DNA of 64,000 nt from Octopus sinensis (GCF_006345805.1 NC_043000.1:111042001-111106000); one strand, 5' to 3'; positions 23,920-38,180 are shown, numbered from the stretch's first letter. Numbers and translations are program-made. The notes: generated by a model from the letters alone, not told the origin.

Positions 23920-25834
23920 TGTTTTATTATTACCCACTAGGGGCTACATAGATGGGACAATACAATCGGGAAAATGAATAATGAGTTATGAAGTTTGTAC
24001 AATGTGGTGCAATGCCCACTCGATCCCCGAAATCGAGCGGTTACATTTCGTCATTTATTTTTATTCGTCAACAATATTTTCAAATAAAACATTTTATACA
24101 TTTTCAGCATACATTTCAAAAAGTTTACAAGTTCAACATCTTTTTTTTTTTTTTCCGAATTAAAGTTCTTTTTATCATTTACAAATAAAGTTTTCACAAT
24201 ACTTTTCTTTTATATATACTCCATTATGTCTACCAAATCTGAGTAAATTTCCATCGTTCGAGGCCACCTTGGAAGTCGGCATTTCATATGTTTTAACACG
24301 TTCTCGCCAGCTGCCTCGATGAACGCCTCGGCGTCGTTCTCGTGGACGAGTGCACCTGTTTCTTTCCATTCGGTGCCCATCCTGACCCACGTATATCCGT
24401 TTGTTTCGCTTATTAAATTTTCCATCTCCTCACAGTGCTTGTGATGGATCAACGTTCCATAGTATTTGAATTTTCTATTCGTACCTGCGTTTTCTCTAGT
24501 TTTTCTCTTAGGACTTACTTCCTCTTTTTTCTCCTCCCTCGGTTTCTCTCTTTCTCTCTTTTTGCTTTCTCTTCTTTCTTTTTCCTTCTCTTGTCTTTTT
24601 GGCTCTTTGTCTGCCGTCTCTCTACCCTGTGCCTTAAGTTCCTTTCCTGTTGTTTCTTTTCCTTTTTGCATACCATCTTTTCCTTTCTCTCGGTTCTGTT
24701 CCTTCTCTTGTTCTTTTCCTGCTTTTTCTCTTTCCTTTAATGTACTTTCCTTTTCTTTCTCTTGCTTCTGCCTTGGCTCCTTCTCCTCTACTTCTGCACC
24801 CTGTGAATTTTGCTCCTTTTCTACTATCTTCTTCCCTTTGTTTTCATTTTCCTTCAGTGCGCTGTTACTTCCCTTCTCTTGTTGTTTCTCCGTTATTTCC
24901 TTTTCCTTGTTTTCGCTGTTCTTTCCTTCGTGTTCGTTTTCCTTCTCTCCCCTTTGTGTCTCTTTTTGCTCCGCTGTGAATTCATACAGCGGACATTCCT
25001 TTTTTTTTGTGCCCTCTTGAACCGCACAGGTAGCAATTCGGTTTTCTGCCTTCCACTATTACACTAATTGTTTTTTCGTTTTCTATTTCTATTTGGAAGG
25101 GAAATCTTTCGATGTCTTCAATTTTGGCCATCAGCCACAACTCGACTCCGAATCCCTTCCAATTTACAACGTTCGTCTCCTTAATTGACCCTATTTCTAC
25201 TTCCTCTTTTGCTGCTCCAATAATGGCTGTTACCAGCATTTCTGTTTTAATATTTGGGGGCACCTTTGGGACTCTTACCCGTACCCCTCGTCTTCCTTTA
25301 TACGTCGGCCACATGGTGAAATTTTCCGCTTTCAGGACAGTGGAAGCCAATGAGGCCGCCACTTCCTTTGTTGCGCATCTCACCTCCACCGTACCATATT
25401 TCTTTCCTCTGTCCACAAAAGTCGCTTTTTTCATGATGTCCCCCAGACATTTCTCTATTTCTTCAATCGTCACTCTCACCAGTTTTCTCGTGTTTCTATC
25501 TTGCGTTCTATACGTTATCGTCTTGTTATTTTTTCTTCTATTGTTTCCACAGGCGGGACCAGCTTCACGCTGTCACCCTCCCTTTTGACGAACTTCTCGT
25601 ATTCCTTCAATTGTTCTTTTCTAAAGAACACTTCTTTTATTCTAAGTGACTCGTCACTTTTTGTTGTGGCGACCCCCGCGTAAGTCTCCATGACTTGAGG
25701 GTCGACACACCTTCTATAAAAGGTTCAAACACGCAGCGGCAAACGCCTCGCGCGATTCAATTTTTGACAATTTTTTAACAGTCTTTTTTCCAAAGTTTCA
25801 CATGCAAAAATAACTCACAACACACTTGGGTAAA
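23920..25834 (-). mobile_element. ORF1-only non-autonomous Tx1-related element (element 2, HAL1-like)
   Basis: 5' UTR, ORF1 and about 290-bp 3' UTR ending in the same tail as element 1. No ORF2. Bounded by target copies at 23908-23919 and 25835-25846. Confidence 0.8.
24210..25691 (-). pseudogene. ORF1-like protein: N-terminal domain, CCHC zinc knuckle, long K/E-rich region, C-terminal domain (two frameshifts in A-runs)
   Basis: METYAGVA...EIEKCLGDIMKK...YGTVEVRC...VEGRKPNCYLCGSRGHKKK/ECP...DLVDIMEYI*. Confidence 0.75.
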
Positions 25835-25960
25835 TTTCCCCCATGTGTTCGAATCTTTTTTCTCTACATTGTATACTTTATAGACAATAGTCTTTTCTTT
25901 AATTTAATTTTTTATTATCTATCTGGACTATTCCATTTCTGCACGCTAATTTTATTTTTA
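25835..25960 (-). pseudogene. Upstream half of interrupted ORF1 (element 0)
   Basis: KEKTIVYKVYNVEKK/RFEHMGE joins the segment starting at 18691 and aligns to KTITYRTQDRNTRKLVRV of element 2. Confidence 0.6.
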
Positions 25961-26651
25961 ATTTATTCCCATTCATGTGAAACCACTTATTCAAGTTCAA
26001 GTCATTGATGCAATTTTATACCAATTGCTATTTTTACTTTTGTTATGTTACGATTATATTATACTTTAGTTTGATTTTAATTATTACTTACTACATATAA
26101 TTCAATTGTTATTATTATTTTTATTGTTAAAGTGAAAGTATCTGACATCAAATAGAGAAGCGTTTTTGTTTCACTTTTAACACGTAATACTGAAATAGTG
26201 GAGAAGATATGATATTGCTATGGGCTCGCTCTAGGCAAGAAGTTGAACATTTATTTTGCCCATGAAACTACATGGACCCTAAGTAAGGCAAGTGTAAAAT
26301 TTGAATGAAATTGGTTGTGTAGTTCTCAAGTTTTAGGGAATCGTAGTGGAGAAGATATGATATTGCTGTGGGCTCGCCCTAGGCAAAAAGTTAAAAAATG
26401 TTTTTGCTGATGACACTCCCCGGACCCTAAGTAAGGCATGTGTAAAATTTGAATGAAATTAGTTGTGTAGTTCTCAAGTTTTAGGGAAACACGCAGACAG
26501 ACAGACAGACATACACACATTCTCAGTTTTATATATATAAAGATGTGTTTGTTTGGGGATGTGGGAGAAAGACTTGTCCAAGATGCCATGCAGTGGATTA
26601 AACCCAGAAACATGTGGTTATGCAGCCAACCTCTTACCACGCAGCTACAAC

Positions 26652-26707
<56 letters not shown>

Positions 26708-29700
26708 TGTGTGTGTGCATGCATATGCGCGCGTGCTTGTATGTATGTATGTATGTGTGTATCCTTCCTTTTTTGAGCGTTCAACTCATGACGGAATAAG
26801 GTTGTCATCATGGTATACTCTGCATCTCGGACTTCTAAATCACGTTGTTGCTGTCCGTCTCCAGATCCGACAACAACCGTTTTCTTTCAGATCAAATCCT
26901 GGACTGCTTTGAAAAGGGATTTGAACTTAGAGTACAGAGAGCCATATCACGGGTGCCAGAAACCATTTTAGCCTACTGTATAACAACTTTCATTTGGCTT
27001 AGAGTGTAGCCAGGTCTTACAACTTGCAATCATCACGAGGGGGAAGTCGTCAGACTGAAGCTAACTTCCGGTTATTAGTTGCAAAATCCCCGAAAAGCTT
27101 TGTAGATGCAATCCTTGCTAGTTATCTGCAGGAATTTGCTCCGCTCTTTGATTATGAGCAATGTTACCAGCTCATTGCGTATATAAAGGTTCTTCTTATT
27201 GTTCTTCGCTACGAAAGGTCGAGCTTCACACAATTTCCGCTCAGGAGACATTCTCTTTTTAAAATCATAAATATTTTCCGTTTTTTTTTGTTTTAATTAA
27301 GAGGATAGATTACATATGACTGTGTGACTGAACACATTTATTTTACGTGCTTATGAATGTGTATGTGAAACTGTCAGTATGTAGGCATAACGTATATATA
27401 CATATATGTGGTTATGCAGCCAACCTCTTACCACGCAGCTACAACATATATATGTTTTTTAACTTTTTGCCTAGGGCGAGCCCACAGCAATATCATATCT
27501 TCTCCACTACGATTCCCTAAAACTTGAGAACTACACAACCAATTTCATTCAAATATATATTTGGATAGACATAGAGAGATAGATAGATAGATAGATATAG
27601 ATATATATATATACACACGCATACATATATATATACACACACATTCATATATATATATATATACATAAATACATACACACATACATACATATATACATAC
27701 ACATACATACATACATACATACATACATGCATACATACATACATACATACATACATACATACATACATACACACATACATACACACATACATACACACAT
27801 ACATACACGTGTGTATTTACAGTGTGAGAAGGCAGCTGAACTACTAAATCGTGAATTCTGTTATCCAAACTCTGTTTATATTAGTGAGAAAAATCTCAGA
27901 AATCCCTAAACAATCTTAGGGAACAATTGAAGGAATTAAATGAGGAAGTTTGCATTGCAATAAGATTGCAGCTCCCAATTGGCTGAGATCGATGGTGAGA
28001 ATGGAAACCTGATTTATTCGACACAGCAATTATGGTCGAGAGAAAACATACAACACTTGATATTTCGTTGTGACATCATTGATTTTTGTTTTAGAAAATC
28101 TTTTATTAGGATCAAATAAAAGTTCAAAGCCCATTAAAAATCATTAGCTCATTTGTGAAGTCGTTATTCGACAATATTTAATACTTTCATTGACATAACC
28201 ATTCATGTCTGTTTGCTACGTTACGTTTAGAAATCTTTGTGGAAAACAAACGAAACACGTTTAGAAACTTTTATTTCTCTTTCTTTTTTGTTTATATATA
28301 TATATTTCATTTATTAAAAACAAGACACACGTTTTGGAACATTTTATGTCAACAGATTACGAGCGAAGTTGTTTTTGTCTCTGCAAATCGCAGTCCGTAT
28401 CATAAAGGTCGGTCCAGTTTATTGAGAGAACCCGGACGATGTAAGACGTTAATGTGTTTATTAGAGTTGATAACAAGTCCAGTATACCTGGTGAACTGTA
28501 TAAACGATATAATTAGCAAGCAATAATGTTTTAGCTTCGTTTCTTTAACGATTGATGCTATTTCTATCAAGATTCATTTTTTGTCATTCATTTTATGATT
28601 GCTTGATTACGTCGGGCAGAAAAAAAAACATTCTGTAAAACCTCCATAAAAACTTTGAGAAAATATTTGATATAGGTTAATCTGTGTTTTGATAACTGAA
28701 ACATGATCGATATTGATAATTAATGAGACCAAGAGGACAGCACCTGTTATGTACTGTGGTTCATATTGTTCCTTACTTCTACCCGACCCCGCACGAAGGA
28801 GCACGAAGGAGCGATTGTATAACACACACCACTGAAAAAGGTGTTTGGAATTAAACAGCTTTCATTATAAACAGCATAATTGAAATATTCAAAAGAGGAC
28901 CAATAATTCTTCCCGAATCACACGTACATAAGGCCGGTCTTCTGGATTCTGTGGCGTGTATACTCTACCCACCCCGCCGCCATCTACTGGACGGGACGTC
29001 AGTTCATCGCTGAGTTATTCCTTGTAGCCAGTAACATGAAACGAAGCGTTTTGTTCAAGAATACGACGCATCGAAACCACAATCTTACGACCATGAATGC
29101 AAAACCCTAACCCGAACCACAAAGCAATGCGCTTTCATGATTGGAATACTAGTCTTTTACAGGTAAATCTAAATTTACAATGCTTCCATTTCTGTCTCGC
29201 TCGCCTTCCTATTCACTCAATAAACTTTTTATATCTTCTCTACATTTCTCTTCGTTAAAATACATAAGCAAGAAAACACGCATACAGCCAAACCACTCAG
29301 GTCCCTAACATAAAACCAAATACACCGCATACACAACATACTACAACAAAAGTGTTGAGATTGGAAAAAATGTTAACAAAATGGAAAAACATTACAAAGG
29401 TAAACTTACCAGCAGGGGAGTTTCCCTCCAATAAAATGTGTGTCCTGATAGACATAGCAAAATTTTAAAAACTAAAAAAAAACTTTCGGATCTGATATAG
29501 ACCCCATAGGGACGAAGGTGGAATTTGATACCCTGTCTTCTGTCATTGAACGCAAGGAAGGGGAAACACTCACAAAGTATGTAACTGTTGCAATGAACTT
29601 GTAAGAAAAATCAATTGTATTAAATGTCACAACTCGAGTGCAGGGCTCGAGTAGCCATTGCACATTATTTACATTTGACGGATATTTGTACTCGTCTTGT

Positions 29701-29708
29701 TTGTTGTT

Positions 29709-29755
29709 AACACAACCTTTCGGCTGGTGTACTCTCCAGCCTTCATCAGGTGTCC
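29709..29755 (-). ncRNA. Minimal hammerhead motif
   Basis: ACAC CTGATGA A GGCTGG agagtaca CCAGCC GAAAG GTT GTGT. Stems I and II are perfect; C15.2 is changed to G. Confidence 0.6.
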
Positions 29756-30097
29756 TGGGGGAATTTCTCTCTTTTCTTAAAAGAATAATAAAATATAATT
29801 AACTCCCCCACTGCCTCCGACTGATGAAGTTCAAATATATCGAAATAGCTACGTATACGAGTATTGGACACTTTATACTTGAATGAGAATATTAATGACT
29901 CGATGAGTGAAAAGCAAAAGAAAAATATTCAGACTGTATGATATATATTCTAGACTATCAAACTCAAATTTGCTTTAATAGCGAAAAAAAATGAAAGGAA
30001 ATGTCTTGCAAGACGATCGTCTGCCTTGTAATGGAACGACCAATCAAATAACAACCTACAGCGATGGAAACCATTCATATTGCTATATTGATTTTAT

Positions 30098-30501
30098 TAT
30101 TTGTTTCAGTCATTTGACTGCGGCCATGCTGGAGCATCGTCTTTAGTCGAACAAATCGACCCCAAGACTTATTCTTTGTAAGCCTAGTACTTATTCTATC
30201 GGTGTCTTTTGCCGAAACGCTACATTACGAGGACGTAAATGTACCAACACCGGTTTCAAGCGTTGGTGATGGCGGAACAAACACAGACGCACAAACATAT
30301 ACAAACACATATATACATATATATATATATTTATACGATAGGCTTCTTTCAGTTTCCGCCTACCAAATCCACTCACAAGGCTTTGGTCGGCTCGAGGCTA
30401 TGTTAGAAGACACTTGACCAAGGTGCCACTCAGTGGGATGAGAACCGGGAACCATATATTTGGGAAGCAAGCTACTTACCACACAACCACACCTGCGCCT
30501 A
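30098..30501 (-). mobile_element. SINE family A
   Basis: Full head, core and tail match. Confidence 0.85.
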
Positions 30502-30549
30502 TGGCTACTCATGTTTGTATTGATTGAGGACTATATGTATGTGTGTGTG

Positions 30550-30607
<58 letters not shown>

Positions 30608-30752
30608 CTTTCATTCTTTCGGGGTTGATGAAGTTAGTCCCAGTTGAGCACTGGGGTCGATTTAATCGACGAGCTACCAACCCCAACATTTCAGGTCTTG
30701 TGCCCATTACAGAAGGAATATTAAGCATGTTAGCACCCACTTTACTCTGTGT

Positions 30753-30814
<62 letters not shown>

Positions 30815-31366
30815 TGTGTTGTGTGTGTGTAATTATTTGATAATGTGGAGGAAATAAAAGAGAACATAGAAAAAAATCCACAGCCATTAGCGAAATCTTA
30901 AATGTATGGAAAGAGTGTTTGTGCAAATATTGTTTTCTAAAGGGAAATAAATACAAACCGAATGAAAAAACAACTTTATGTGAACTGGTTTTCTGTTAAT
31001 GAAGGTAATTTCCTAAACGATTTTGCTGTTATTGTAGAGCAGTTGTGTTGTGTGTAGAGTCGTAGGGAAGTAAATAACATCTTTAAGAGACACAAATATT
31101 CACTCCACAAAATTATTTTCTCACATCGGCAACATACTTTGACAATTGATTTCTTGAGATAACAGATTCGGAACTAAGTAGATGTAATTTTACCGGGTAC
31201 AGTGTCTAGTCGAAAGAACAAACACTTGCAATATCAGTTGGATATTCTTAAAGATTACGCGGGCGAGTTATTGTATATTTCTAAAGAATTGTCGTATTGA
31301 AAGCAGGCATAGAGTACATAGTATATTATATAGTATATATATATATATATATATAATATATATATA

Positions 31367-31441
<75 letters not shown>

Positions 31442-31448
<7 letters not shown>

Positions 31449-31800
31449 GTAATATGTGACAATTATTCGGTAGCCAAGATAAAACTCCAAGTTTCGGATG
31501 CCGAGGTGCAAATCCACGCCGCCATCTCTTCAGTTATCCGGCCATCGGAAAAACGCTATGAAAAATGACCGTTATATAAAGGCAAATTACTGTTATTGAC
31601 TGCTATTTTTCATAGCATTTTTCCGATGGCCGGATAACTGAAGAGATGGTGGCGTGGATTTCCACCTCGGCATCCGAAACTTGGAGTTTTATCATGGCTA
31701 CCGAATAATTATCACATATTATATTTACAGATAAATTCCTCTATTTACATAATATTGAGGTCTCCTTCTTTCTTTTGTTATCTTACCGTTTTTATCAATA
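31442..31800. mobile_element. Palindromic Penelope-type remnant with a hammerhead motif in each arm
   Basis: 31442-31566 is the reverse complement of 31605-31729, followed by a short unique tail. Confidence 0.8.
31633..31693 (+). ncRNA. Hammerhead motif (mirror copy at 31478-31538 on the minus strand)
   Basis: GATAA CTGAAGA GATG...CATC C GAAAC TTGGA GTT TTATC. Confidence 0.6.
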
Positions 31801-32847
31801 TATATATATATAGTAAAATTGTGGATTTTTTCTATGTTCTTTTTTATTTCCTCCACATTATAAATAATTACACACACAGACACACACACACACACACACC
31901 CACACACACACACACTCACGCACGCACACACACACACACACACACACACAACACACACACAACACACACACTAGTTAGAATGATCGAATAGAGAACGTAT
32001 TCCATCACAGGAGTATAAAAAAAAGTGTTCCCCCCATGGCAATCACGTCTTATTGTGTATCAAATGCTTTGTCCTGTATAGTTTCATATATCAGCTTAAG
32101 AAATTTAAGGTATATTTGGCTGCTATTTTTAGCTAAATAAAGTTACCGGATCCCGTATTTTATATCAACCCTATTCAGGATACCCGATCCCTTGTTGTGT
32201 TGTGGTGAGTCTTGTGTTGGTAGCACCACCAGGGGACCCATTGTATCTAAACAAAATGCTCACTCGTAATTCATAAATAAAATAGTTTTGTTAACAAAAC
32301 AGAAAAAAATACTCGATCAACCTGGATAATAGTTGCTAATCTTAGGGCATTATTGATTGGTTATTGGCTATTTATGCATTTAAGTAGAACAATCAATTGA
32401 TTCGTTTCTACATTTATATTCGAACTAAAATACGTTGTTTATATCCGTGTTTAAAGCTTTCAGAACAGAAGGTATTTCTGAATAATATTTTTCTCATCTA
32501 GCAAAACAGTCGCCATTTCCCCCTTCGATTATTCTCGACTGAAATAAGACACAAGGAATAATAAATCAAGCAGACTGGACAGAACCTTTCCTTCCGAGCA
32601 TTCTTACAACAATATAAACTCTTGTTTCTTCAACACCGCCATTGCTTTGTATTCTTTGACAAGTAAGTTTGCTTTTTAACTCATTCAACCCAACTTGAAA
32701 ACAGGAAGTTGGTAACAGCTCGTCTCCGATACATTAATATTGGATAAGGCAAGCATTCTAAAGAGATTCGATCCCTCTGAAAACCTGTATTCCAAGAACA
32801 AAATGTGTTTCAGCAAAACGTTTGTTTGTGTGCGTATGTGTGTGCAG

Positions 32848-33232
32848 TGTGGAGGCGCAATGGCCCAGTGGTTAGGGCAGAGGGCTCGCGGTCATAGGAT
32901 CGCGGTTTCGATTCCCAGACCGGGCGTTGTGAGTGTTTATTGAGCGAAAACACCTAAAGCTCCACGAGGCTTCGGCAGGGGATGGTGGTGATCCCTGCTG
33001 TACTCTTTCACCACAACTTTCTCTCACTCTTACTTCCTGTTTCTGTTGTACCTGTATTTCAAAGGGCCGGCCTTGTCACTCTCTGTGTCACGCTGAATAT
33101 CCCCGAGAACTACGTTAAGGGTACACGTGTCTGTGGAGTGCTCAGCCACTTGCACGTTAATTTCACGAGCAGGCTGTTCCGTTGATTCGGATCAACCGGA
33201 ACCCTCGTCATCGTAACCGACGGAGTGCTTCC
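32848..33232 (+). mobile_element. tRNA-derived SINE (family C)
   Basis: GGAGGCGCAATGGCCCAGTGGTTAGGG A box and GGTTTCGATTCCC B box. Tail shared with 44130-44433(-). Confidence 0.8.
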
Positions 33233-33233
33233 A

Positions 33234-33369
<136 letters not shown>

Positions 33370-34076
33370 CTGAAGGTGGTGTTCAGTCTGTTCTGAGCCT
33401 TAGGACAGGATTCCGGGTTTGAGAATTATTTTCCCTTTTCTTCGCACAGAAAACCTGAACAACAAAAAGTCGTGGGCACAGCCCTTTCATCACTAACTAA
33501 ACCATAAAAAAAAAAACTGAACATCTAAATTTTCAGTTGATCAAAAATTACAGTGGTGATTGGGGAGTCTCTTCTTTGGATGCTATGGCGACAACCCCGG
33601 ACATATTTCAGGCTTATAAGACCATATCAGAGAAACAATCAAACTATTTCTTCCAAGACATCAAAACGACTAGAAGATCTAGTTTTGTGTTTGAAAATAA
33701 TATACTGGTTTATTATTTTTTTTAAATAATAACATTAGAAATTTGTCCCAGAATGCTGCCTGCATGCAGAATATATAGGTGTAGGCGTGGCTTGTGTAGT
33801 TAAGAAACTTGTTTGCAGCAACGTGGTTTTAGGTTCAGTTCAGTTCCACTACATGGGCAAGTATTTTCTGTTATATCCCCGGGCCAACCAATACTTTGTG
33901 AATGAACTTTGTAGACGGAAAATGTGTGGAAGTGGTTGTGTGTGGTGTGTGTGTGTCACCAGACGGTCACCAACAGCTCAGCAGTTGTTTGCCAGAGGAG
34001 TTGAGCGCAATTTCGTGTCATTATCGATAATACTGATTCCAACTTGGAAGCAACTAGCAAGAGAAATTGCTGGAAA

Positions 34077-34471
34077 TCTTTATATATAAAAGTGAGGTTG
34101 TGTGAGTGTCTGTCTCCTACGATTTAGATTCCTAAATACTCCCACATTTTGCGGTGCAGTTTAACCAAAACCGGGTATCTTATAGTCGTGATTCATATCG
34201 AGCCCTTCTGGGTATTAGCGCGCGTCTACGATGAGTCTACGATTTAAAAAAAAATTACCATCAATTTTTCCCATTTTTAATGCATTTTTGGCATATATAA
34301 GGGAAGTAACTCTCTAAAAATTTATTATTAAATCTCAGAACATAAAAAGCTACAGTAACACCCCGCTTTGTGGTTAGCCATATTGAGATGGCTTTTATAC
34401 TTTACATCTCTAAAAATGCTTATATAGTTATTTCCCTTACAAACCCGAGCAACGCCGGGCGATACTGCTAG
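34077..34471 (+). mobile_element. Non-autonomous Helitron
   Basis: A|TCTTTATATATAAAAG 5' end, subterminal CCCG..CGGG hairpin, CTAG|T 3' end, no TSD. Confidence 0.8.
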
Positions 34472-35911
34472 TGTGATATATATTTAGATAACAAGAGAAC
34501 ATTCAATTCCAGATTTATATGAAAGGCATAAAATTTTCTATAGAAGTTCAATTCTGATGAACCTCGGTAACGAGCGAGATGAAAGCACTAATAAATAATT
34601 ATCCAAAATTCTGCCTCTTTTTTCTTAATATATAAAATAGGTACACCATTGCAAGCAATTTATATTGTGTGCATGTGTGTTGCATGCATGTATATGTATG
34701 TCTTACTGCACATCGAATTATATCTTGACCTACAACATTCTGGTATTTGATTAAGTGTTATACATACATACATACATACATACATACATACATACATACA
34801 TACATACATACATAAATACATACATACATACACACATGTATACGAGGGGTGTATGAACAGTTTTGAGCCTTTGAGTCTTCAAGTCTTGTACCTTCATCAG
34901 AAGTCTTGTAGCTCGTACATGCATTAGTACATACATGCATATATACATATATGTGTGTGTTGTTGTTGTTGTTGTTGTTAAGCAAGAAGACGGGTAAGGG
35001 TGATTAGGTGATGGTCTAGGGCTTAGGGACGGGAGACCCCAACCTTGGAAAATAAAAAAATTTGGTCGTCTTGTAGTCGAGGGCTCTTTGTTGACGTCCG
35101 ACACCACTGGGAGGTGGCTCTCGAAGTCGCTGGAAATAGAGATCTCCAGGTCCAAATTCTTGAACGGCTGTGTGTGTGTGTGTGTGCATTCGTATATATG
35201 TATATAACTGTATATGTGAGTATAATCGTATATATATATATATGCTCGCGCGCGCTCGCGTGTGTATGACTAAACCTAACATTGGAAATACGTGTTTGTC
35301 TTCGCCATGAGACTTTCCACACCAGCCATTATAGAATAGATTTGCTCAGAGCTCTAACGCTGCTTGAGGACAGAAAATTAGAATACGAATGGCTTTTCCT
35401 ATACTAATCCTCAAAGAGTCAAGTCTCTTAATCGTTGATGGCCTCAAATTCAAAACAGAGACACATCCTCTGGACTTGGGTGACCTTAAAGCAGATGACA
35501 TCAGCGCAAAGCGTTTTATCCAGCTTAAGTCATACATTTTGAACTGAGCAACCGGGATAATACATAAGATTCGACATCGCTACAGCAATGCTTTCTTAGA
35601 AGCGTTAAAATTGCTTCAAATTGGTATAACGCAACCTATGAACGATACAAATAATCACCCTGGTCGAAGGTGATTATGATTTACCTCAATCCTGTTGAAC
35701 AGACGACCTGTTGGAAACCTGAATCCTGAAGAAGTGGTCCTTTATTTATGATTTTTAGCAGCAAAACAACGAAACAGGAAAAGTGCCATTATTCGCGAAT
35801 TATTCTTTCTAGCTATTGGAATTTTGAAATTACTTTGAGAAATTGCTGAATTTGATTTCCTACGCAAAACAACTCATTATTAACAAAATATAAGTTTTAT
35901 GATTGAACCTT

Positions 35912-37570
<1,659 letters not shown>

Positions 37571-37664
37571 ATTCTAACTTCACACCAGACTGCGACGGCT
37601 TCACACACAAACCTATCTATTAATGTGTGAGTGTGTGTTCATATATATGCATGCACTATATATA

Positions 37665-37715
<51 letters not shown>

Positions 37716-38109
37716 TATATGTATGTGTGTGTGGATATATACATATATAAATATGTATATATATATATGTGTGCATGTATGTATATATATATATATATGC
37801 ATGCAAGTATAACCGCACACACACACACACACACACAAACGCACACTCATCGATAGATATATGTAACTGTGTATGTGTGTGTGTGTGTATGTATGTACGT
37901 ATGCATATATGTGGATAGATCGATAGATACATCAGCAGTCTCTACAAGCAAATCGATTGCTAGACGGGGATGTCCCTCGTTAGCGTAGTTCAATGACTGG
38001 GGGAAAAGAAAATGACACAAACAAGGCCAATACTACTCTGAGGAGAAGTATGTATGACCGGTTGGATGGATGAATGCGTGTATATGTGTGTGTGTGTGTG
38101 TGACTGTGC

Positions 38110-38117
38110 ATAAAATA

Positions 38118-38180
<63 letters not shown>

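Larger units (their letters stand above)
18202..26543 (-). mobile_element. Helitron-type ends bracketing the Tx1 cluster
   Basis: 5' A|TCTTTATATATATAAAA at 26543, followed by two tandem units of about 145 bp. 3' hairpin GACCCG-N7-CGGGTC then CTAG|T at 18202. Pairing of the two ends is inferred. Confidence 0.45.

Noticed and set aside
19070-25683. Plus-strand ORFs over the LINE cluster, including F/S/L-rich ones
   Set aside because: They are antisense shadows of the minus-strand ORF1/ORF2.
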